From: Octopus sinensis
Lineage: Eukaryota
Assembly (NCBI RefSeq): GCF_006345805.1
Contig: NC_042998.1
Span: 152,210,001 to 152,274,000, forward strand
Reading direction: 5' to 3'
Length of the DNA: 64,000 nucleotides
How positions within the stretch are numbered: position 1 is the stretch's first letter; each line of letters starts with the position of its first letter. A model generated the notes under the pieces. The model did not search any database. It saw only the letters and a program-made list of their open reading frames with translations, and was not told where the DNA came from. The position numbers and the translations under genes are program-made. This document shows positions 12,971 through 23,790 of the stretch, one piece after another.

Positions 12971-13391
12971 CCTCAACAGGTTTATTATTTTATTTATTTC
13001 TGGCGGTCTAATAGCGCAACTCATTCAATGTTGTTTACTGTGTTTCAGTTAAAGCTACGAGTTTAAAATCTGCTCATACTTACCACTCTTCAGTATCTCC
13101 CACTGATAGCGCCTAAAGAGCTAGAGAATAATTCTCTTCACGGTAACTCCAATGAATTTTCCTACAGAAGTTGAAATATGTCGATCATATTTTAACTCCA
13201 AGTTCTTATAGATGTGTGTGTTAGTTTGTATGTGTGTCTGTGTGTGAGTATGTGCTCCTTCTTTTACTGTTCTACTAGGTGCAGCTCGAGAGCTGCGGCC
13301 ATGCTGAGGCACAGCCATTTTATAAATATACATATATATATGTATATAAATGTATATATATATATATATGTGTGTATACACACACACACAC

Positions 13392-13471
<80 letters not shown>

Positions 13472-13589
13472 ATATATATACTTTGATACTTTGATAGGTT
13501 TCGGCCATTATTGGCCCAGGCCATGTCTAATTATAGCACCACCTGGTGCATATATGCATATATATATATATAATTAAAATAAACAATAT

Positions 13590-13876
13590 GATATCAAGTA
13601 GTGATGCTGTACGATCGTTTCAAGCGGCCCCATTTAATTGAACAATGCAGTCATGGAATAAATTCATGTCGCTACAATAGTGACAACATTAATTTCTTCC
13701 ATCTTGCTCTGTTGAAATATTGGAGAAAAATTATATTAATGTGTCCTACTTGTTAAAATTCTATTTATTTATTTATGCAGCTGAAGAGAGCACTGCATTG
13801 AAATTGATGTAATGATTGCATTGTTCAATTAAATGGAGCCGCTTCAAATGGTGGTACTGCATCACTACTTGATATC
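13590..13876. mobile_element. MITE-like fold-back with ~65-bp terminal inverted repeats
   Basis: 13590-13654 is the reverse complement of 13812-13876 at about 58/65 matches; no clear TSD. Confidence 0.75.
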
Positions 13877-13977
13877 CTGTTGCTTGTTTTGATTTTATTC
13901 GCCTTACTTCGAGCTGTCTGGATAATACCGGACTGACTTGATGCTTCAACTTAAGTACCTAATTCAACTGAATGTCA

Positions 13978-14280
13978 ATTACGATCGTGAGGTTGTGAGC
14001 TCGAATCCCGGACCGGGCTGCGTGTTGTATTCTTGAGCAAGACACTTTATTTCACGTTGCTCTAGTTCACTCAGTTGTAGAAATGAGTTGCGACGTCACA
14101 GGTGCCAAGCTGTATCGGCCCTTGCCTTTCCCTTGGACAACGTCGGTGACGTGGAGAGGGGAGGCCGGTATGCATGGGCGACTGCTGGTCTTCCATAAAA
14201 CAACCTCGCCCAGACTTGTGCCTCAGAGGGTAACTCTCTAGGTGCAAGCCCATGGTCAGTTTCTGACCGAAGGGGGTCAC
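13978..14280 (+). mobile_element. tRNA-derived SINE with CORE-like domain, 5' clipped
   Basis: gagctcgaatccc B-box-like motif, cttgagcaagacactt core; clearly homologous to 38783-39118. Confidence 0.8.
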
Positions 14281-14297
14281 ACTCACATATATATATA

Positions 14298-14380
<83 letters not shown>

Positions 14381-14409
14381 GTATGTATGTATATGTATAT
14401 ATATATATG

Positions 14410-14443
<34 letters not shown>

Positions 14444-14575
14444 TGTATGTATGTATGTACGTATGCATGTATGCATGCATGTATGTATGTATGTATATAT
14501 GTATGTATGTATGTATCACAAATTAAACATGGTGACTTATTAACAATTGGAACCTAAAAGCTAAATTAATAGAAG

Positions 14576-14960
14576 TCACAAAAGTGACAGAGGGTACTGA
14601 CTAGCACCGCGTTTGCTAAAAATAAGAGTTAAAACAACTCAAAAGCCACAAAAGCACTGTCTTAATGACCGACAAAGGGACGTAGATTCCCAGCATGCAT
14701 AGCGGGATCGCGATTTCTGATTTTGATGTAGACCATTAGCGACTCTTAACACCTAGGGTTAAACTCCACTTCCTTTGTCAGTCGCTGATGAAGATTAGGA
14801 TGGTCTACATCAAAATCCGAAATCGCAAGCCGACCATATACGCTGTGGACTTACCTCCCTTCGCCAGTCATTAAGTAAGTGTTTTTGCAGCTTTTGAGTT
14901 ATTTTAACTCTTATTTTTAGCAAAATCGGTGCTAATCAGCGCCTTCTGTCACGGTTGTGA
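14576..14960. repeat. ~385-bp fold-back with ~155-bp arms, carrying a degenerate hammerhead
   Basis: 14584-14736 is inverted to 14800-14952; plus strand 14781-14834 reads gtcg-CTGATGA-agatt..aatcc-GAAA-tcgcaa-gc-cgac; left arm preserves GAAA-tcgcga-TC on minus. Confidence 0.8.
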
Positions 14961-14974
14961 TATCCATTTATATA

Positions 14975-15044
<70 letters not shown>

Positions 15045-15152
15045 CAATAATAATAAAGGGTAAATTTATTAATCAATTTATAATTAATAATCTTACCAAG
15101 TAGTTCGGTATGTTAAAAGAACCATTATCAGTAAGCTTATAATTGTAATTTT

Positions 15153-15192
<40 letters not shown>

Positions 15193-15920
15193 GCGTACAC
15201 TATATTATATCATATATTCGTATGAAATTTTGTACTGGTATTTTCGTGTAATGTTGTGTAGTACAGAAATATTGAGCGTGTTTCAACACTATTCAGTATT
15301 TCCATCTGAAGTGTTGCTTTCTTGATTTCGAAGGAGATTAGTCCTTCCATCTGGCATCGAGTTTGGAATATGGTCTGACGCTTTTAATGGTTATTATTGA
15401 TGTTCTTGTTCTTGTTGTTGGCGTTGGACCTATTCTTTGTTGTTATTGTTGCTGTTGTTGCTGCTGCTGCTGCTACTACTGATTTTTTATTATAAGTTCT
15501 CTTCGCCGACTTGTTTTGTGGCTTTTGAAGTTTTCTTTTTGTTATCGTATTTGTGGTCGTTGTGGTTGTTGTTGTAGTTGTTGTTGTTGTTGTTGTTATC
15601 ATTGTTGTGACGTTATTGTTGTTGTTGCTGCTGCCGTTGCTCTTGTCATCAAAAGAATTATCTAGGACATCCCTTCCGTTACCGACCAAACATGCCATCA
15701 CTTCCTCTCACCTCCTCTCCACCACCACAACCACACTGACGCCATCTTGTCTTCACACTTAATCTATTACACACAGACAACAACACCAACACTGGCATTA
15801 TCTCTCGTGTCTTCTTTCCATTGTGTCTATATGTATATGCTCGCATATATGTATGCGGAGGTATCTTTGTTTTTTCCATGTGTATGTCTGTGTTGGGGAG
15901 TCATATGTGCGTTTGTGTAC

Positions 15921-15970
<50 letters not shown>

Positions 15971-16306
15971 GGGTGTCTGTGTTGATGTGTGCATTTGCAT
16001 GTGTTGTACGTATATGTGTATTTGCGTGTGGCGTGAGGGTGCTGGGAGTTATATGTATCAATGTGTGAGTGTGTGTATATGTGTATCTAGGAGCTATGTA
16101 TGTGTATGTGTTCGGGTGTGTATGCAAGTGTACATGTATTTCGGTTCCGAGCAAAAGCCTTGTTTTCATGCTCTACCAAATTCTCGCACGCCGTCTTTTG
16201 CTTTGTTTATTACCCACGCCCACCCACTCTATCTTCCTACTCTTTACTCCTCAAAATCTCCCTATTTCACACAACTGGGTTTCATATACGCTTCTGTGCA
16301 TCATAA

Positions 16307-16376
<70 letters not shown>

Positions 16377-16605
16377 GGAAAATTTCTATGAAGCATTGCG
16401 TAGAATATACTGATCTTGGGTAAGGCCAGAACAATGCACATCAGCAATATTCGTTAATTTCTTGAAAATGGGGTTATAACCCCGAAATATTGAATGCAAG
16501 GCAAGTCAACATTAATTCATATATTTGTTTTCTTGTGACTTGCTTTGCATTCACTTCGCGTTGTTCTGGCCTTACCCACGATCCTTTATACAATATCTAT
16601 AGCTA

Positions 16606-16764
<159 letters not shown>

Positions 16765-16832
16765 AGATGGAGCTGTCTTGCGTACGTTTTTTCGGTGCTT
16801 ATTATACTTACATAATTATGCATTCATAAGCG

Positions 16833-16902
16833 ATCCTGCTGAAGAGCTACAGATATCAAATTAATTTATTTGATCAATAATAGCGAAACTCGAGTACAGG
16901 AT
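16833..16902 (+). ncRNA. Type I minimal hammerhead ribozyme, predicted cleavage after GUA at 16896
   Basis: Helix I atcctg/caggat, core CUGAAGA, helix II gcta/tagc with inner atcaaat/atttgat, GAAA, palindromic helix III ACUCGAGU. Confidence 0.85.
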
Positions 16903-17317
16903 TAACTGATGTTTTATTTTTTGTTCACTCTAGTGTCATTAACAGCGTGCCTTAAGAATTCTCTTTTCGTGGTTTGGGTTTTAACTGCCCTTTTTGGCCT
17001 GTAAGAAGTCCTGTCAAGGGTCTTCTCTCTGTGTATAAATCTTTATACATGCTTATATTTAGAAATATGTTATGTCTTATGGCATTTATTACGCATGCGA
17101 ACTACAGGTAATAAACTATATTAATTTTTTACCCTCATATTTACTACAGTAAAATTTTCCAATTCTAAGGCCATATTGTACACAGTTTAAATTTACGGCT
17201 GGGCTATATGAATACGCTCGCGCACTAAGTTCGAATCCATAATGCATACGGACGGAGCTGTCTTTAGCACATGCTTTCGGTACTTATTATAGCTACATAA
17301 TTATGCATTCATTAGCG

Positions 17318-17379
17318 ATCCTGCTGAAGATGCCAAATTAATTTATTTGGTCATTAATAGCGAAACTCGAGTACAGGAT
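17318..17379 (+). ncRNA. Second hammerhead of the dimer; base of helix II disrupted
   Basis: Core and helices I and III identical to 16833-16902; helix II base lost by a deletion; inner stem gccaaat/atttggt shows a compensatory change. Confidence 0.7.
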
Positions 17380-17561
17380 TAACTAATATTTTATTTTTTT
17401 GTTCACTTTAGTATCCTTAACAGCGTGCCTTAAGAATTCTATTTTCGTGGTTTGGGTTTTAAACGTCCTTTTTGGCATGTAAGAAGTCCTGTCAAGGGTC
17501 TTCTCTCTGTGTATAAATATTTATACACTCATATATTTAAAACAAAATATATATGTATATA

Positions 17562-17595
<34 letters not shown>

Positions 17596-17614
17596 CACAC
17601 ACATATATATATAT

Positions 17615-17697
<83 letters not shown>

Positions 17698-17759
17698 CGC
17701 AGGCATGATAAGAAGCTTGCTTCCCAAATACATGTGCTAGTGGTATCAAGCACAGTACA

Positions 17760-19283
17760 ATGGTCAGTGGGGACAGGCAGTCCCCTTGGAAGATGCCCCT
17801 CCTAATTTCTACTGTCCTTAAACTTCTTCCATATGCTGTCAGGTTCGTTCTCTAATTCATCATACTTTTTCCAGGCAATCGCTCAACATTCGATGCAATA
17901 CCAAATAGGTTCATACATTCCATAATCCAAGAATGTGGGATAATATCGTACGCCTTACAATAGACGATCCGTGACATGGCTAAGTTACTTTTCCTTTTCT
18001 TGCAGTCTCTAAGTACAGTTTTATCTATCAGGAGTTGATCCTTGGTACCGTTGCACTTACCCTTGCAACCCTTCTGCTCATGTGGCAGGACTCCATTTTT
18101 TCCAGATGTTCGTACATTGACTCTGCGAGTATTCCAGTCAATAACTTCCACATAAGTGGCAAACAGGATATCGGCCTCTAATTGTCTACCGTATTGCATT
18201 TTTCGATGTTTTTCAGGCACAGCACTGTCCCACCCAATGTTAACCACGCTGGTTTTCCTTGGTCGGCATTTAATAGGATGTTGAGTTGCGCAGCGATTCG
18301 TGCATGACATTCACCAAATCTTTTGATCCAGTGGCCTCGTACTTCATCTGACCCTGGGGCCTCTCAGTTGCTCATTTTTTTGCTGATTTCCTTCACTTCC
18401 CTAATTGGAATGACTAGTTCTGCCTGTTTTGGACATACTACTGTTTGTTTCAGTTCTTGCAACCATTCAGCATCCTTCTTGTGCTCTTTGTCTTTGCTCC
18501 AGATGTCACTCTAAAACCTTTGACTTTCAAATGTTATCTGGTATCAACTTTTCATCTGTACACTCTCAATTTATTTCTTTATAGAATCTCTTCTGAATAA
18601 CCTATTCTACTCTGAATAACCTATTCTGCTGGTAACCCTTCATTCTTTGGTCGTATCTTACCATCTTTGCTTTCTTTGCAACGAGGCGCTGTTTCAGTTC
18701 TTTCACTACTACTTTCAGGCCCTTTATTTCAATATTATACTTTCTTTTCAGCGCCCTGTATCTTTGTTCGCTTTTTATCTCCCATTTCTCTTCTCGGTCC
18801 AACACAGCGATTTCCTCAGAGAGCATGTCTAACCCTGCCTGGATTCTTCTTTTCAACCATGGATCTTTTCTTTTGTCACTCCCATTATGTTTCTTTTTCT
18901 TGACATCAACACCCACGTTTTCTGCTACAATACTTGCTGCCTAGATCAAATTATTTGTTTCTGTGACGTTGTTTGTTCTGATGTATTTCAGAATTTCATT
19001 GACAGTTATCGTTTCTTGGTTCAAATTCCATCGACCAACCTTTTTAAGGTTGCAAATAATGTCGCTATCGTTCTCCTGTTGTCTTGCCTTTAATTTGTCG
19101 TAGATTGACTTTCGCTCATCTGTCATGTCGCCATTAGTTTTATTCTCTTCTTTTAGATCATCTATATGTCTCTCATCAAGTAAACTACCGCTGCTCCTTT
19201 CGTGTACTATGGGATTACCCTTATTAGCAAGAATTGTATTTTCATTGTTATCTCTGCTACTATTTTGAACAAACAATTTTTCC

Positions 19284-19287
<4 letters not shown>
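17760..19287 (-). mobile_element. R4/Dong-like element, 5' half with N-terminal part of RT, 3'-truncated (family D)
   Basis: ORFs 18941-19276, 18602-18916 (PWLKRRIQ..LKQRLVAK..RY), 17852-18310 ([25 protein letters not shown]); 5' end abuts (TTA)n. Confidence 0.8.
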
Positions 19288-19366
<79 letters not shown>

Positions 19367-19367
<1 letters not shown>

Positions 19368-19572
19368 AACTGTGAGCTGGCGAATCGTTACCACGCCGGG
19401 CAAAATGCTTAGCGATATTTCGTCTGTTGCTACGTTCTAATATCCGCCGATGTTGACTTTGCTCTTCATCCATTCGTGCTCGAAAAATTAAGTAGCAGTG
19501 AAACACAGGGGTCGATATAATCGACTGTCTCTCTCCCCCAAATTTCAGATCTTGTGCCTTTAGTACAAAGGA
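19367..19572 (+). mobile_element. tRNA-derived SINE (family of 2612-2826) between (TTA)n tracts
   Basis: gtgagctggcgaatcgtta..aaatgcttagc..ggggtcgatataatcgac..aaaggattatt. Confidence 0.75.
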
Positions 19573-19667
19573 TTATTGTTGATGTTGTTTTGTTCTTGTT
19601 CTTGTTCTTGTTGTTATTATAATTATTATTATTAATATTATTATTATTAATATTATTATTATTATTG

Positions 19668-19721
<54 letters not shown>

Positions 19722-19802
19722 GTATTATTGTTATTATTATTATTTTTATTATTATTATAATTATTATTATTATTATCATTATTATTATTATTATTATCAT
19801 CA

Positions 19803-19842
<40 letters not shown>

Positions 19843-19846
<4 letters not shown>

Positions 19847-20803
19847 TAGTTTTATTTTTATAGCGTGCTTTCACTTCACTACCGAGCACAGCTCTGTGTG
19901 CCTTAGGTATGTGCTGTGATTTGTTGTGATGCTCTGATGCTTATTGTATGGAAAGTGTTCTGCGTAGGATGTGTGCAGTGCCTAGTAGTGCAATTTTCTG
20001 TGTGTTATATGTGTTTGTAAGTCCTGGTGTTTTTATTATGTATTTGTCTGAATATTTTTTTATCATGCCTAATGCACCTACTATGATAGGAATTGTTTCT
20101 GTTTTTAGATTCCACATTCTGGTTACCTCTATTTCCAGGTCTTTGTATTTTGAAAGTTTCTCCATTTCTTTTAAAGACACGTTGTCATCTGCCGGTTTTG
20201 ATACATCAATTAGAAAGCGTTTTTTTTCTTCATGATCTCTGACAATTATATCTGGTCTGTTGGCCTTAATTTCTCTATCTGTGTGTATCGGCATATCCCA
20301 GAGTATGGTTGCTTTCTCATTTCCTTTGACCTTTTCTGGTGTTTGCCTATACCATCTTTTTTCTGTTGTTATTCCATAATGTTGACATAGCTTCCAGTGT
20401 ATGTAGGTTCCAACTCTGTCATGTCTGTGAATATATTCCTTCTTAGCCAGGATTGGGCAGCCAGAGATAATATGATTTATTGTTTCTTGTCCATCTCCAC
20501 ATATTCTACAGTTACTTGTTATATTTCTTTTCATTACATGATTTTGGTAATTTCTGGTGGGGAGGCTTTGGTCTTGTGCTGCAATTAAAAATCCCTCTGT
20601 CTCTGCGTTGAGTCCTGAGCTTCTCAACCATTGCTGGAATTTTTCTTTGTCTATTTCTTTTGCGTTTAGTTTAGTCCAGTATTTACCATGAAGGGGCTTT
20701 TCTTGCCATCGTTTTATCATGGTTCGTTGCTGTTCTATTTTTAGTTTGGATTTCATTTGTTTTATAGCTTTTGTTGTTTTTCATCTTCTTCTTCTTCTTC
20801 TTC

Positions 20804-20835
<32 letters not shown>

Positions 20836-23704
20836 CTTCTTCTTCTTCTTCTATGTCAGATTTTGGGTGATGCGTCCTAGATCCTGTCATTATTCTTCTT
20901 GTTTTTCTATCTATTTTGGTCAGTTCATTTAGTGTCCAGTTAAGGATATTGTAGCTGTAACTTATAACTGGGACAGCTAAAGTGTTAATACCTATTATCT
21001 TGCTTTTAGCATTGAGCTCTGTTTTTAGTATTGATCTAACTCGTCTATAATATTCTTTTTTCATTTTCTCTTTCATTTGCGTGTGTTGTGTCTTATCTAG
21101 TTCATGGATTCTTAAGTATTTGTAAGTTTGGCTTTTGTCTAATTCTTTTATTTCATTGGTTTTATCTAGTGTGATGTTGCTACTCTTAACTAGTTTTCCT
21201 CTATTCATGGTTGCTTTGGCGCATTTTTCTAATCCAAATTTCATATCTATTTCTTTGGTAAATCCATGAACTGTCTTTAATAGTGTTTCCAGCTGTTTGT
21301 CATTTGCAGCGTATAGTTTTACGTCATCCATATATAAAAGGTGGCTGATCGTTTTGCCGTAACATTTATATCCGCATCCAGTTCTATTTAGTATATCAGA
21401 TAGAGGTAACAGTGCCAAGCAGAAAAGGAGTGGAGAGAGCGTGACTCCCTGGAATATTCCTCTTTTAATGGTGATGGCTTTGGTTTTCATGAGTCCCTCT
21501 TTTGTTTGGAGCTGTAGCACTGTTTGCCATTTATTCATAGAGTGCCCTATGAATTTTATAATTGTTGGTGCTACTTTGTTAATGGCTAGTGTTTCGAGGA
21601 TCCATGTGTGGGAGATGCTATCAAACGCCTTTTTGTAGTCGATCCAGGTCATACTGAGGCCTTTCTTCTTTCTGTGGCTGTCTTCAGTTATGGCTTTATT
21701 AATCATTAGTTGATCTTTACAGCCATATTAGCCTTTGCGGCATCCTTTCTGCTCTTCTGGAAACAGGTTGTTTTCGTCCAGGTGCTTGTTCAACCTTTGC
21801 GATATCACTGAAGTAAATGCATTGTACATTGTAGGGAGACAGGTTATTGATCTGTAGTTTTCTGGTTTTGCTGTCTCATTTGATTTGGGAATTAAGATGG
21901 TTTCCCCCTTCGTGAGCCATTCAGGCATTGTCTCTGGCTCTGCCAGTATGTCGTGAATGCTTTCAGCCAGCTTTTTGTGCATTCCTGGTTGATATTTCAA
22001 CCAGAAGTTGGGGATCTTGTCATGCCCAGGTGCCTTCCAGTTGCTTAGTCTTTGCAATGCCTGTGTGACCTCTTCAGTTGTTATGGGGGTCCAAAGTTCT
22101 TCAGATGCTGAGTTTGTTGTTTTACTACTCCTTTTTTTTTTGGTTGTTCGTTCGCCGACCATATTTCTCTCCAGAATTCTTCCACTTCTTCTGTCGTTGG
22201 TGCTGCAGTGATTTCTATTTTATTTTTGCCAAGTTCTTGGTAGAACTTTTTGGGGTTGGAGTTGAACTTTTTGTTTTGTTCAAAGAAGCGCTGGCTTTTC
22301 TCGTACCGGCGGATCCTTTGTGCTTTGGCAAGGATATCTTGCTTCAGCTTTTCTTTTATCTCAGGTAAATCTTTTTCTGTGATGTTATATTTGCGGAGTA
22401 TTTTTGTTTTCTTTTTGTTGCTCAGTAGCGTTGATTGTCTACTGATTTCATTAAGAATCGACAGATCTTTTCTCATTTTTTGTATTTTGTTTTGGATGTT
22501 ATTTATCCACAGGGTTTGAGTGAGTATCCAGCTTCTTTTGTGGCTGCAGTGGCTGCTGCGTATACTAAGCCATTTAGCTCAGTGATATCGCTTTTTGTTT
22601 CAGTGGCTATTAGTTCCGTGACGGCTAGGTTTATGCTGTTTATAATTGGTGTTGTTGTTTCGTCTATTTTGAGCTTTGTGGTTTTCAGTTCTTTGACTAT
22701 TTTACTTTTTATATTATCATAATTATTAGGCTCCCCTTCGTTGTTTCCAGGTGTTAGATTTGTATCGCTTTCTTTCTTATTCATATGTTTGTTTGTCGTG
22801 TTTTGGCTTGCTGTTTGTCGTGTATTATTATGCATCCTTACGGTCAGGGTTTGTTGTTTTTTGTTTACATCGTGTTTGTTGGGAATGTTACGTTTGTCTC
22901 CATGTTTTACTGTTTCAGTGTTTATATTATTGGGCATTGTTGTGTGGCTTCTATCTACATTTTTCCTGGTGTATTTTTTCTTTTAGGTGTTCTATTTCTA
23001 TTTCTGATATTTTTTTTGCGTTGAGAATGTATCTTCCTACGTTAGCTAGTTTATTAGGGTTCATTGCTGTATCCAAGTCTATATTTATGTTATTTTCCTT
23101 CCATATTTTATATGTATGTGTTGTTGTGTTTTCATTTTTTGGTTAGAGCATTGCTGTGAAGTATGCGTGTAGGATAGAAATGTATTCCTCACGTGTCCAT
23201 TTATGTCTTTTAGGTTTTATTTGCGGGACATGAGGAACAACATCTGGCCCATTATTTTGACGGTCGTCATTTTCGTAGAGTACCGGTCCGTTCATTTCTG
23301 TTGTCACATTGTTTTGCACGTGTAGTTTTTCGTACATTTTGTGTGGTAAGTTTAAAGTACGTACCTCCCGATTGTTATTCTTGGGTTGAATAATATCGGT
23401 GGTATTTAATTTCTTCGTAGTCCCTTTGTACATGGTGTTTGGGGTCGGGGATGAGCTGGTGTTTATGGGTCGTAATGTATCACGCATGTTTACATGTGTT
23501 GTGTTAGAGGTGGAGATGATATCGAGTCAAAATACATCATTTCGTTTCGAAAATAGTAATAAATTTCAATGAGTATTACTTACTCGGGTACAGTCCAATC
23601 CTTTGTTAGTAAATTTTTGGCTCCATACGATGTTCTTGTTTTCGATGTTTGTGGATAGATTCCGGAGCTCTGTTTTATCGTTCTTACATTTTAAACGTCC
23701 CCCC

Positions 23705-23705
<1 letters not shown>
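19843..23705 (-). mobile_element. Near full-length (~3.9 kb) R4/Dong-like RLE non-LTR retrotransposon (family A), ORF broken by stops and frameshifts
   Basis: Ordered remnants: N-terminus (HKWTREEY), RT (WKAPGHDKIPNFW, EQKGC, DYKKAFDSISH, GIFQG..LSPLLF, LLYMDD), AAQDQ, CCHC knuckle, RHDRVG, RLE (NRPDI..IDVS..D..EKLSKYKDL); (TTA)n at both ends. Confidence 0.92.
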
Positions 23706-23774
<69 letters not shown>

Positions 23775-23790
23775 CATTATTATCATTATT

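Larger units (their letters stand above)
16766..17530 (+). mobile_element. ORF-less tandem repeat (477-bp period) with two type I hammerheads; retrozyme / PLE pseudo-LTR-like
   Basis: 16766-17050 repeats at 17251-17528; each copy carries atcctg-CTGAAGA-...-GAAA-ctcgag-TA-caggat. Confidence 0.85.

Noticed and set aside
15384-15701. 105-aa minus ORF with a basic NLS-like patch
   Set aside because: Triplet-repeat-driven, closed by an in-frame stop just upstream; no recognisable domain.
23500-23705. HDV-like ribozyme at the Dong 5' end (also the RTE 5' UTR near 62700)
   Set aside because: Expected from related elements, but I could not build the nested double pseudoknot by eye; needs a descriptor search.
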